Assembly (NCBI GenBank): GCA_024679065.1
Contig: JAGIQG010000016.1
Span: forward strand, 13,640,001-13,704,000
DNA length: 64,000 nucleotides
Direction of reading: 5' to 3'
Source of the DNA: Sphyrna mokarran
Lineage: Eukaryota
The notes under the pieces are model-generated. The model ran no database searches, had not been told where the DNA came from, and saw only the letters and a program-made list of their open reading frames with translations. Positions 26,094-39,300 of this stretch are shown here, piece after piece (position 1 is the stretch's first letter; each line of letters begins with the position of its first letter). A program made the translations under genes and the position numbers.

Positions 26094-26679
26094 AAAACAC
26101 AAATGTGGAAATTGGAACACAACAAGAGTTAGTTGCAAGGCTCGGTAGGCTTTAGCTGGACTCCTATCAATTCCTGATATTCTCTGGTTACATTTTTGAT
26201 AATTTTACCTCTAGAGGTTATATGTTGATAAAGTGCATTTTCTCTTCGAGCGTTTCCCGCCGATTATATATCAACAATTTGTTTTGTTTGTTTCATTATC
26301 AGAACTGGATTCAATATCAGAAGGGCTGCACAAGAAAGGTGCGATGGAAGTATCAAAGAGAATGATTTAAATGATGACCTCGACTATATTCGCGAACGGG
26401 AAAGTGGAGATAACATATTTGGACTGAAATTTTGATTGCTACTTGGATCATAGAAATCTACATCTACGTATATCTTTATACCCGAGGGACGTAGGATAAC
26501 GATTAGTCTCGAGCAAAATTCTCACATGCAAGAATGTGACTAATCGCGACATTGTATAATTAATTATTTTAAGAATATATCGATACTCTCGGTAACGATG
26601 GATTACTATATTGCCGGTAGCTTAGAACAAAGACTAAACTATTAAATTCATATTTCAGATGTATTCTGAGTTATCGTAT

Positions 26680-27307
26680 TTTATTCTTTTGTTCAAGTGT
26701 TGGCTTACCAAATACACAACTTTTCCACTGAAATAATAGCCTTGCTGAAAAAGGTGGACGAGGACTTTCGCTTCTGAACTATAAAGTTCTTCATTCCTCA
26801 TCCTGAATCCCCGAGTGCTGCTTTACTATAGCTGGTCTGTCAGCAGTGCTTTGCCATTTTCAGACCGTCCTGATTTTCTAACTCTCATTTAAAGTCGGTT
26901 TATCGAATCCCTATTGAGCCATGATGGGCAGCGTCGTGCTTAGAAAGAGGATGACGTCTGACCATCGAAACAATAAAGGTGCTATATTTTCCCATCTGGT
27001 AAACATTTTTTGTAATTGTGCGGACACAACTAAGATTTTGGCAACATTAATCATTTGTCAATGCGCATTTCCAGAACAATTAAGTGGTAGCAACATTAAT
27101 GTGCAACTCGGAGACACAGGCAGGTAAATTCGACGAAGGCTGACATATTTCCTGATCACCCATTTCACTATACGTTTGGTGTTTTACATTATGTAAAACC
27201 GACAGCACATTCCCGATTTGTTTCATTATTATCAATGAAACTTGAATATTCCCAGCACCTGTCGAGACATGCAATGTTCGCTGTATCATTAGCCCAACGA
27301 TAGTCAA
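26680..27307 (-). pseudogene. Degenerate F-BAR copy P
   Basis: TYSEMGDQE resembles TRTNIGIQE. LFWKCALTND resembles LFTNALLND. RNEELYSSEAKVLVHL resembles RRNDLENTKREILAQL. Confidence 0.58.
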
Positions 27308-27376
27308 GTGAAATTATTATTTTCTATGAATTCACGAAAAAGACATTCGTTGATCATATTTAATATTTAATTTGTT

Positions 27377-27422
27377 TTATATATATATATATCTATATAT
27401 ATATAGATATATATATATATAA
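27377..27422. repeat. (AT)n perfect 46-bp palindrome
   Basis: Centre at 27399/27400, with symmetric interruptions C27393 and G27406. Confidence 0.95.
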
Positions 27423-28362
27423 TGACCAAAACGAATTCAGCAGAATCTCAGTCAATTTGCGTGTGTTAACATGTGACTACTCAAAACTCCTTCACTGTGA
27501 GATTGCATATGAGCAAATCCATTGCTTAGGAATGGTTCCATTCCTCGTTAAACATACAACACATAGCGGAAGTTAAAATTGTAACACAAAAGAAAACCAT
27601 ATCACGATTACACTAATGTGTGGGACTAGTACTAATTTTCAGAAAGTGGCTGCAGACTTGATGATGTTCTCTCCTTTTTTGAAAGTATTGTCAAGCATTG
27701 TGTTTCAGAATATTGCAACTATGACGATATGTCATTGGCTTTTTTGCTACATTGTTAATCTAGTTAAATGGGAATTACGCCAATAATGATGTAGCCCATA
27801 TTTTACATGGATTCACGTCAAATAACCCCATTCGCAATTTCCAAAACTGTTCATTGCGTAAAAATGAATTTCAAGATATCTGAAACAGTGGCAATAAATC
27901 ATCAAGATCGACCAATTGATGACATACAGGGAATTGGATCGGTAAAATAAAATTTGAGTAGTAAGATTTCCCGTTTTCTTTGTTTCAAATGTATGTTTCA
28001 AAAACATATTGCATTTTCGACAGATAAACAGATACGAGCACTAAGTATTGGTAAGAGCCTCCGATTGTTGATTGACTTGTAAGTTTATCTGCCAATGGAT
28101 ACTACAGTCAAGCGAAAGCTATACACTTTCCTATTGGACAAACAAATGGGCTTTGAGGGGCACTGTTCAGTAGAAAATAATGCAAGCATAGCAAGATATC
28201 AGAAATACTTGTGAACAAACAGGCAACAACCAAACGAATAAAAGACTCTCTTCTGCGTGGAATTGACGTACACTTCGATTAATCATGAAACGTGAATTCT
28301 CCAACGCGAAAAAAAACTTCTGTGATGTGAGAGAAAATCAGAAAACTGAGCGAATTTTGTAA

Positions 28363-29600
28363 TTAAACTTTTGAAGTTGTGAATGTAATGTTAGTGTAGC
28401 CAAGCATTTGAGGCTGGCATTGCTTGCCGTGCCGTTGTGCATGTGACGGCTCGTTGGAGGAAATACATCCTACGATATTAGGAAACAACTGAAAAAGATT
28501 TACTGTGAAACACACAACACAACTACTGCAGTTCAATCCAGTTGGGCACTCGGGCAACAAAGCAGCACATTCTTTAGCACTGCTGTCTTTCATGCCAGGA
28601 ATCAGTGTTCAATTTGGACATTGAGGTGACGATCTGGACTTTGCCTCTTCTTTCTTTGTCTGTGTGCGATTTATTTTGATGCTCCACTTTCCTCAAACAA
28701 TCCAAACATGGGAAAATTAGGTGGAAAATCCATGCGCGTTAACGTCCATGGAACTGTGAATTTGATATATTACCAAGGCGCAAGAGTGGGATTCGGGGTA
28801 GGCTGGTCTTGCGCCTAGGCACGCTGATCTGTGGAAGAGACGCTGCAGACCTGATGACGTAAAACTATCCACATGCAATTCATCACATAGCAACCATGCA
28901 CACCTCAGCAACTCGGAAAGGATCATAAAACACAATGACACTCAATCAATCCAGATTAAAATCAACATGAGTTTCATTCTATTTCTTCAATAACAATTAC
29001 AAGACACCAGCTCAACATTACTCTGTCAAAATAAAATGTTAGAACAGCCTTGCAAATCTTGCAATGCACCATATTAAACGCATTTTTAGGGCACAATATC
29101 GGCAAACCTGCTCAATTAGGTTTAAAATGAGCCTTCAATATGGAAAAAAATATTTCATTTTGTTTTCGAATCACTTTAGTTTCGCACCACCATTATTCAG
29201 TAATAGAAAATCATTAAAATATCAAATAATGCAATAGTGGAATTCTACATTTTGGTCTTTGCCTCCCACTGTTAACTTCGTCCCTCTACAGATTGCTTCA
29301 TGTACAAAACACTGCTCAACCTTAATCTTTTGTTGATGTCAAATCCGAGCTCAATTTTGTTGTTACGATGATGAATTAGCTCGGATAATCCTCACAGAAA
29401 ACAAGGTAAGGTCATGAGGCTTCAACTTTACATGTTTGTAATCAAGGGCAATCAATTCCTTCCTCATATATCTGTCTCCTATCTTGTGAATTGCCCTCAA
29501 CTTCTTCTCTATCACGTTGACGAAATTGTGTGTTGCCTTTAGATCTGCATGATCACTCACTGCACACGTTTTGGCAAATATAGAAATAACAGATTATCTG
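28363..29600 (-). pseudogene. Degenerate ARHGAP29-like copy Q (F-BAR to C1)
   Basis: IFAKTC resembles SYAKTW. KATHNFVNVIEKKL resembles KYTKNIVSWVEKKL. KECAALL..GLNCSSC is a C1 relic. Confidence 0.72.
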
Positions 29601-30812
29601 CTTTGATGCTGGAACCTGTATTAAACACTGTTCCAAACATCATTCCGGCAGTAACACTGTACAAATATATTACTCTATAAACACAGTTGTTGTAATCAAT
29701 ATTTCCCTAAAACTTGACGGATTACTTTCGGCAGCCGGATCACCAATTTCTTCTTAATCAATCTAAGCGTCAATGAAAATCAATGAAAAATGACTGAATT
29801 TATTCGATCAATTAAGTGAACATCCAATTGCAAAAACAAAATCATAATGTGAAGTCATAAATTCCATGTTCTAAATAACTTGCATGATAAACCATCAATA
29901 TTGTCTTTAAACTTTGAAGTTATTCTTTTAACACTGTGTGTGATACTGAAGGATACATAGTTGATTTAATTTGTTTTGCCTCAAAGCTATCCATACACGC
30001 CTTGTATAATTTTGAAGAAAAAAATGACGTGTTTGTATTTCGTTAGATAGAACATGTTCTGTTAAATAAGCAACGCATCTTCAATACTGTAAGCTGTAAT
30101 ATTGTGCAAAGCAGTGATCTCTGGAAACACAATAGACATGTCCATTATAATCAATAGATATTAATTCCCACTTTTCATTTTTGGGAGGATTCTTTTGCAG
30201 TCAATTAACAATGCGACGAACGCAGCCTGAAATACTGGAATGAGAATTAAGGGTGCTGGTTTTATCCCTGCTTGAGTTTTGCCTGTTATTTGACATGATC
30301 AGGAAATTTCTGTCACAGCATTAGGCCGTTGACACTATATTAGGTTGAATTGGTCTTCCTCCAAAATAACATCCTGTTGGCACCTCATGTGGTATCTGCA
30401 CACCTCGCAAAAGTGCTAAATTGCTGGCAAAACTGGTCTAGATCGCGCCAGTTCTGAAAGGTCAGCTTCTCGGCCGATTCTCCGCAATTTGTGCAATGTA
30501 CAGATTTCATTAAACGCTCGGAGTGAGGAGCCAAAGCGACTGAAGACGGTGGGATGGAGCAGGTAAACGTGCATGCTCACACTGCTGGGAGATTGCGGAA
30601 AGCCTACCCGACAACCCACCCAGCACCAAAACAGTGGCATCAAAACACGATACACATCGCTGACCTCATTGTAGGCTCCCACAACCCCCACAGAGACATA
30701 GCTGGCTTCATCGCTGGCGTGCAAAACATGAAGCCCTCCCCCCCGCCAATCAGCATCGCAAGCTCCCACAACGATACCCGCTCCTCCCCGCGCCATCTCC
30801 TCCCTCACCCCC

Positions 30813-30879
30813 AACACACGCACACAGACACACACACACACACACACACACACACATCACACACAAACACACACACACA
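30813..30879. repeat. (CA)n microsatellite
   Basis: Imperfect CA run. Confidence 0.95.
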
Positions 30880-31433
30880 CCCCTCCGTGCCCTCATTCCT
30901 GGTTTCCAGAGACTACCCTCCCCTCCCCCCACCTCCACAGAATCACCACTGGGCTCATTACTGGCTGGCATAACCTCTCCACGCCCCATATCCCAACTTC
31001 CCACAAGCAACAAACCCCCCTCCCCAAAGCCCCTCAACCTCCTACCGCCTCACCCTCAGAATATCGCAATTTCATTGCAGGCTTCTATAACTACCACCCC
31101 CCGCCCCCACCGCCCCCTGCCACCGCACACACACAGAAATGGCTGCCGCTTATCTCATGCTGCCATGGATCTGGATAATGTGGGCATGCAACCCCTCCAT
31201 CCGTTGAACATATTGCCCTCACTGGAATCCTGACGAGAACTAGCGTTGCGCTGACATGCACAATCCCCCATTTTGATACAACCCTCTCTTGAATGGTAGT
31301 CTTGAGAATGACAGTCAACTGAATGCAGCCTTCAAAAATTTTCACAAATATTTGTTGCCAACAGGCCCTTGAGTAGACTCACCCAATGCACCAGAGCTCC
31401 ACGAATAAGCCAGAGTTTATATAAGCTGCAAAA

Positions 31434-32045
31434 ATGAACGCAGCCAGTCACGCTACCAGACGGCTGCTCGTAAACCAGATTTTCGCAGGTCGAACAGAAG
31501 GATTTGGTAGATGCCATGGAGGAGATCCATCATCGTCTGTTTCCTGGCCAGGGCCCCAACCCGAGGTGTGCATCTATCTCGGCATTGTGGGAGGAGGTGT
31601 CAGAAGCGGTGAATTTCATTAAGCTGATGCAGCACCCTAGCAGGCAGTGCCGCAAAGAAAAACTGAACGATCTTATGCCAGCAGCAAGTGTGAGTGAGCA
31701 TCCCATTTGGAATTATGCATTGTCTTGGCATGCGCCCCCAACGCTGTGTATACACCTGAAGGTCATGTATCAAGTGACCCTTCTCTAGGAACAGAATCTA
31801 ATCCTGACCCCTCACCCTTCAATAAGCACTGTTCAGTGGTGAAAAATGTCAGTCAAAACTGTGGTGAAAACTGTCACCCAAAACTGTCAGCACAATGCCC
31901 GAGGCACAGGCACGTAGAGCACAATATGCACTGCAATATGTCTATTCTTGTTTTCCACCTTATCTTCTCACTGGGAAAGGAAATTCACAACACCAGGGAG
32001 ATCATACAGGCTGGTAGTGGTTTACCTGAGATGCAGCGTGTCACG
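31434..32045 (+). pseudogene. Harbinger Myb/SANT-like DNA-binding protein (disrupted, with intron)
   Basis: LVDAMEEIHHRLFP..WEEVSEAVN..QCRKEKLNDL, a gtgagt donor near 31690, and a next exon reading KEIHNTREIIQAGSGLPE. Confidence 0.8.
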
Positions 32046-33648
32046 GAGTTGGCAGAGCGTGATAGGTGTGATGGCCGTCCCAAATGGTCACTGACAGCCA
32101 CATCACGTACAGCATGCAGTTGAGCGGAAGTGTACCCTCAATGTTCGTCCTCTTCTAAGTATGATGCTGCATGGAATGTTTTGCCTCCCTCCCCCTAATG
32201 TGCTTTTCTTTTCCAGCTCAAGTCCCAGAGGATCCTTTTTTTTTCTGCGTTGCCGCTGTACCCACCGCTCTGGAGCAAACTGCCCACGCGTTCCGGGATG
32301 ACACCTCTGAGTGAGACTCTGAGGAATCCTACAAAGGCAGCATTCACAAAAGCTTCACTGAAATGCACCACATAACACACCAACACAGAGACGAGCACTA
32401 TAGTGGGTACCCTTAGTATTGAGATTTCTTGGTCATGGCCTGATGTGCACGTCACAGCTACTGATTCACAACAGATGGAGGCAGTCACATTTAAGGGCTC
32501 AGCCACATGTACGTCTGCGGGAGGCTAGGAGTCAGCTCTCTCCTAGCTGGGTATATGAGCTTGTTCGTCCCAAGGCTGGTGGAGATCCATCAGGAAGCCC
32601 GGGGAGTTGTGAAAGGGCTCTCAACAACAATATTGCCAATACAAGGCTGTTTTGGGGAGTCAAACTGAATACTACTACAGGAGACAGGGGCAACATAGCG
32701 AGAGACCAAGGCCAACACTGCAACAGTGGTTACTGCAGTGGAAAATTTGGCTCTGGGGTCTGTCCTCAACACTGATAGGGTTCAGGTCATCCTGAAGATA
32801 CTACAGGCCATGCACACGTGTGTTTTCAGCATTAAGGAGACACAACATTTGATAGTCATAGGTGTCGTAGCATAGGTGAGGCATTGTTGGCCATGGCTGG
32901 GAATCTCGATAGCATTCTGCAGACACAGCAGACAGTAGCTGTGAGCCTCAAGTTATACCCCGGGCTCAGAGGGCTGCGGCTGAGGGGCTTCAGAACCTGG
33001 ATTGCACATAGAAAGCAGTAGTAGAGGGGTTCCACAGCTGGGCTGAGTCTCATAGGCAAGGACTGAGGGATCACGCATCATTGGGAAGACACATCTAGGC
33101 CTCCAGGAGTGGCATAACCAGGAGATGCTGGAGCCACCCTAGTGTCCTGTTGAGTAGCCCTGAGGCCCTTAGGCATCCCAGGGGAGGAGGAAGCACTTAA
33201 GCCCGTGCCAGTTTATTCTACGCAGTAGAAGACGTTTAGAGACTTACTGTTTCCCCCCTTCCTCAGCCGGGGCATCTCAGAGCCAGAGAGGTGAACAGGG
33301 TAGCACCGAAACAATGCCATTGGCAAGTCAGCCGAGGTACTCCAGATCCTGGCAATGCAGGGGGTATCTGCCAAGGACATATCAGGCAACGAGGTGTGCA
33401 TCGCAACTGAACACCTCCACCTCCGACGTGCATCCTGGGATAACACCCAAAAGAAGCACAAAATTAGAAATTTGTAGTTCACTACAGGTCATGGGAGAAG
33501 GTTAGTGTTATTCAGGATTTGGTAATCATTTATGCTAAGATGACAACGAACTGTTAATCGCATAGCACATTGCACGTAATGTATTTTGATTTTCTTCCTC
33601 CACTCACCCCCAAACCTCACTCTCTCCAAATCACCCCATTCCTCACAC

Positions 33649-33679
<31 letters not shown>

Positions 33680-34182
33680 CACACACACACAAAACACTGC
33701 TCCCGATTCCTAAACATAGAGTTGCTGTCTGTTTGGTCTTCCAAATCTGAGCCCAAGGTTCAGAGTGCCTTCACTGCATCCCCAACAACCACCGCAACTT
33801 TGGTGTAAGTACCTCACATCCTCTTTCACCTCTTAGACAAAAAAAGTGCCCCACCTCTTACAGCCACGTGGGACAGTGTGGCAGCGTACATTCAGACTAT
33901 AGGTATGAATTAGACTTGAATTGCACCAGCAGCTCGATCCCAGTGTGCACAAGAACGAGTCGTCATCATCCTCAAAGCTATCAAACAGTAACTATTGCCA
34001 ACCCATGCATATTAATATGTTAGGTACTTCTGAGAGAAAGAGTGTTGTGATGAGAGCAAGAGGGGAAGGGTAATGTGGTGGCTTCAGGGCGGATGTTCAT
34101 TTGGAGTAGGAATAGAGGTAGCTCTTGCTCCTGGGCTGTGGTGATGTGTGTTGATTGTGCTCCCCTCACTGCACAGCGCCAG

Positions 34183-35373
34183 CTAGGTGAAGCGGACTGC
34201 ATATAAGGCGTCCCTCGCTACCCTTCCTTACTGGAATCCTGCTATTGTCATCTACCGTTTCTCCTCCAACCCTTCTGGTGGCATCCACCTTACTGCTCCT
34301 CCTTCTCCTCTTCCTGCTCCAGTTCGTCTCCCCGCTACTAGGCGATGCTGTGCAGAATGCAGCAAACGATCACGATGAGTGAAGCATAAGGCCGTACTGA
34401 AGGGACAGGTACTCGACTAAGTTGCGGTAAAATGAGCAGTACCGCATCTTCAGCAGGCTGATACACCACTCAATGGTGGGCAGGCTGGCTGCATTGATCT
34501 TATTGTAGCAGGTCTCCATCTCAGTCTAGAAACCCCACAAGCCTTCTGCGACCATGATTTTAGCATGTAACCCTCGTCACCCATTTACTATCCTAGGATC
34601 CGTGGCTGACCTACAAATAACCCAGGGATGTCTGGCTGCCTGATCACAAAAACTGCCATGAACATACCCAGGGTGGTGCGTTTCAAACTGCATGATCTTG
34701 AGCTGATCGTGGCAGACGAATCAGGGAATAAAAACGCTTCTGGTTCACAAATGGCTGTTGCCCTACATTGGGGCGGAGGAGAGGGGGTGGCGGTAAGCCG
34801 ATTTGCGTGCCATCCGCTATACTCTGCACATTCAGGATCGCAGTGATGGACGTGAGGCAAGGCCTCCTGTTGTGCATGGTCCACATCGAAATTAATGAAC
34901 TACCCCGCCCCTGTCATCGTGGGCAGCTGTGACCTCCCATACACATCTGTGCACGATGCCTGAGCGATAACAACTTGGTCGCCACTGGGAGTCTCGAATG
35001 ACCCGGAGGTATAGAAATTGAGAGTAGCCATCAACTTCACATCTACTAGGAGCATGGCGCCGCCATTCCCACGAGGTGCCAGAGCACCTCACTAATGAGA
35101 TGCACTGTATTTTAGACAAGCACAGCCGAAGAAGGCAACTTCCCTTCAAAAGCGCCTTGAAGTATTTGCGGGTCCTGTCCCCCCTTGCCTCGGCACCCTC
35201 CTCTTTCTGCACACTCTCGCTGGAGCCTGCTGGCCCTCAGCATCATCCTTCTGCTCTCCTTCCTGAAGCTCTGATTGTGTTTGTTCTTGTGGTTGTCCCT
35301 CCACGTCCACCACACTCTGAGTCACAGCCTCCTCCTCCATTTTCTCCGCCGCTGCTGCCATCAACATGGTCAT
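34183..35373 (-). pseudogene. Harbinger (HARBI1-like DDE_Tnp_4) transposase, frameshifted
   Basis: VHRCVWEVT, PFVNQKRFYSL, an acidic tract and the C-terminus ARDALYAVRFT*. Confidence 0.85.
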
Positions 35374-36279
35374 TTCCAGGTCAAGCAAACTGGGATAGAT
35401 CTGCACAGTATGGTTTAGAATAGAACATAGAACATAGAACATAGAACATTACAGCACAGAAGAATGACAGATTATGAAAGCCCCGCTGATGCCAATCCCA
35501 GCTAACACTTCCCCCTCTCCTCACCAGATGTCGCTAGTCAATGAGCCAAAATCTGAAAGAAGCAAGGGGAAGGCTACCAGACATCTCCAGGTCGTGCTGC
35601 AATGACCCCTGTGCTCTGCGAGTAGCACTTGCTTCCTCAAGCCTGTTTAAAACTGCCAGGTCAGGTTGCCACTCTTAAATACATGTTCTGGTTCGCGCCA
35701 AAATCTCAACACATCAAAGAGGCTGGAGAGGCTGACGTTGATGGAGTTTGCTGTGTAGAATTCACTAATGACATGCAAAGATATGTAAATTTATGTTAAA
35801 CACCAGCGCGCCGTTTTTCAGGCACTTCTCGATGACGACGTTTTTTTCTGAGGCTGGAAGATGCGCGCGGCCAAAAAAAAAAACTGGCGGGGAACCCGCG
35901 AAATGGCCAACAAGGGCATCTCCCTGCTCGATCGGACAGAAAAGTGGCTCGCGCAGTTGGGAGAATCGGAGCCCTCATTTCTATGCGTTACCCGCTGCAC
36001 AATTTGCTAAACGTTTGTCCACTTTTCATCCACTTGATTATGCAGTGTTTGCCATTTCCTGACTAAGACGCCATTTGCAAGGTCAATAATACTGCGGTAT
36101 ACAAGCAGAGTATTTTACCGTGTATGCTTTCTGATGAAATGTGTTTTAATCGCGGGATCTTTCTTGTGCAACTCTACGAAAATTAAGATTGTGACACCGT
36201 CACTGTCTTTATTTCAATTAAACAAGATCTCACGTCGCTTAGAACGACGTTTTGTACTTACACCAACGAACCTAAGCAT

Positions 36280-38705
36280 ACAGGAACAAATGCATATCGA
36301 TAGGGAGTAGGAATAGGCCACCAGACACCTGGAAATTGCTTTTGATTTGTTTTTTCTTCGAAGGTTCTATGCAAGAAAAAACAAACCAGTTCTTTGAAAG
36401 GAAATTCGATTGGAATAAAATTTACCACCATTTCGTCTAATACAGAGTTGCTCATGGGCCCTTCCACTTTGTCCTATTTCAATTCTGTACTTTAGCATTT
36501 GCAATGATATGAACTCAAAGGCTTAGACAATCTCTTTATTTAAAAGTATGTTGAAGATCGTAACACACCAAGATGAGTTGCCAAATAGAAATACGTCTTG
36601 CTGCTCTTTTGATAATCTCAGACGTTAGTTTCCTGCGGAGACATTTGTTTATGCGTGTTTTGTACGGCCAGGTCGGCCCATTTCCTACGTTGTTAACGAA
36701 TAGTTTCAATTGTCCCTCCGTTCTCGTGCTGAAGTTCCAGAAGTTCATCGGAAGCAGGTCCCCAGATAATCACTCCAGCTTCTCCACTTCCGCTCCCCTA
36801 CTTGTCCCTCGAATTCCTCATTCTCATCGAGCCCAAATAACTTGCGATTTCCTGACCTAGCAACAACGCATCCATATGTACTTGAAAGAACAAGCAATAA
36901 TCTCAACCGCAGCGTTATCTGAAAGATGGAGAAGCAACGTCTTGAGAGAGTTAAACAAGCTATTTCTCTGTTTAAAAACGCTACCCCTATTTTTAATTCA
37001 TTGTTCCCTAGTAAGGGGACAATTTCACATGACGGAATATCATGTTTTCACAGCTGCTTTGGCAATCACATTCAGGAAGTCATGCATTTCAATCTAGCTG
37101 TTCTCCATCCCTCTTATCTACAGTGGAAACATGGCGAGTCCGATATTGTTTTCATATTTCAACGGGCTGCTTATTACACCTATCGATTTAATATTTATCA
37201 TCTGGACCGTCTCCAGCACATTTACACTGATCGGAATATAAAGAGGCAAACAGTGCACACGTTAGTTCAGATGTGATCTGTTTATTGCCCTCTTATAAAT
37301 GAAACATACCTATGCCGCTCCGTGACATCTTTTGTCCGTTCCAGAACTTAATTTCCGACTAATCTTCACTTAATATGTAAAGTGTGTTGTGGTACCTCCT
37401 CTTCCATAATGTAAACCATCCATATAATTTCGAAAATTCAGAAGTCCAGCGCACAATCCTGTGCACCCTCATTGGTTACTTCCTGCCAATCGAAAAGAAA
37501 GGTCATATATACAAGCTCCTTTTCTGCCTTTCAGTCCACAAATATCAAAAGTATGCTAACCTATTAAACCCGGGCAACGACTTGTAATTTGTGGAATTAT
37601 ATTTTGATGCGATTTGATGCATGTTTTCATGAAGCTAAGCCATAGTATAGTAACAGTGTCCACTCCACCACCACGCAAGTTGTTCCTTTCTAATAAACTA
37701 ACAAATTATTCAGACGCGATTTAAATCGGAAAGGAAAACAAAACGATTCTTACAGATTATCCAAAGATGTTCTAAGTGACCAGCAATAACTTGCTTAGGG
37801 CTACCTTCCCCAAGACAAGCGATATATAAACACTCATTGACTTCCTTTCGTTAAGCCCTCTCTACTCTTTACAATGAATAGAACATTATATCTAATTTCT
37901 ATTCTAAATAAAATTTTCAGGAATACAGATAAATTAACATTGAAATCCTGACGGTTTCATTTTGTGCAAATATCGAGACATTACAGTGAATTTCGTGTTG
38001 GCCATCATAATTGACAACTCTCAAAACAATACTTTGGTTCAGTAACGTCCCTGCGATCACTGCAATTTCAGAAAGCCTGTCGGGCACTTCTAACTCATGA
38101 TTTCCATCGCAAAATGTAAGATTTTTTGCATACTCTAATTTGAATCCATAAGGAAACATGTTCTATTCGCTTTACGTCTGATAGTCTTGTTTACCCGCAA
38201 TTCTATTTCTCCATCTTGAAAAGAAAGTCACTAAATCCCCTTGATCCATCCATTCCAAGTATGTAGAGGCGCACTTCTTACTTTTTTTTAAATTTTCCAA
38301 ATCTCAGACCAGTGTTATACTGAAGAGACAACTAGGTTTTGCATTCTGGGCAAACGATATTTCATGCCCAGCTCTAGAATTGCCACTAACGAAAGTGAAA
38401 GCGGAGTGTTGTTTGTCCGACTGCAGCTGCATTGCTTTAGGGGTCCTGCTCCTGATTTCTACCGGCTATCAATCTAATAATTCTCATCTGGGCCGTCTCC
38501 AGCATATATGCATTTATCTAAATATGAGGAGACAAAGACAGCACACTTTTAACCTGGTATGGTCTGATCATTGACCCCTAATCGTTGAAGCACACCAATA
38601 CCGCTCTGCAAGGTCCTTTATCCGTTAAGATTGCTCTGGTGCCTTTGCTTCCATAATTTTAACCATCCATATAACTTCGAGCGTGCAGAGGACCCAGCGC
38701 ACAAT
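36280..38705 (-). mobile_element. Cluster of old CR1 LINE fragments
   Basis: 37160-37460 and 38450-38705 are mutually similar and match the RPHLEY..LEAVQRRFTRLIPG region on the minus strand. CR1 3' end near 36290. Confidence 0.75.
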
Positions 38706-38740
38706 TACAGCGCAAAAACGCAATTCCATTATTTCAGTCC

Positions 38741-39300
38741 ATGCAGCTCGTAATGCAAATGTTTTTTTTTGTTAATAAAAATATTGTTGCAACAAACAGA
38801 CCTGACATCTTCATGGTACATTGTTTGAACCGTTGTCCATTCAGCTGGGCCCCTCAACACAAAATAAAAGATGAACATGAGTTTCTTCTGCCCAGCGGCG
38901 ATAATCTAATTACGGAATTCAACAAATCCGAAATTGGTTTTATGCTTATTAATTTCTCTTTGAGTCATTTGATTTCCTGGTTTGCAAATTGGAATTTCCT
39001 TTTAACTTTACTGGAGAAAAATACAACTAACTTTATGTAAAGTATTTTGAAAAGCTGAAGTCTGAAGACAACAGAAGTGAAAAGGACATTATTGGATGTT
39101 TTTCAGGTGATTTTCAATGTTTTGTTGTGTCGCCATGTTTCTTTTTTATTAAGCCAGGAAGTGTAAAACGGAGATAATAGTAACTGTAAAGAACAACAAC
39201 AGCTTACCTGCTTGCGGCCACGTCACAGCAACATGGTAACACTCAATCGGATATGTTGTTGATGTTGCTTCAGGATAAATTTTGGCTTAAAACAGGCTGA
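38741..39300 (+). pseudogene. Degenerate copy S
   Basis: SLSHLISW resembles ALSYAKTW. LLTLLEKNTT resembles LISYLEKRTT. Confidence 0.68.

Larger units (their letters stand above)
30251..35974. mobile_element. Degenerate autonomous PIF/Harbinger DNA transposon
   Basis: Convergent Myb-like and DDE transposase relics. Ends are GGG.. and ..CCC, with TAA before the left end. TIR similarity is weak. Confidence 0.82.

Noticed and set aside
30416-31037. ORFs with TH/CV repeats
   Set aside because: Translations of a CA microsatellite inside the Harbinger element.
37160-38705. Apparent 300-bp novel direct repeat
   Set aside because: Both units are the same region of old CR1 ORF2.
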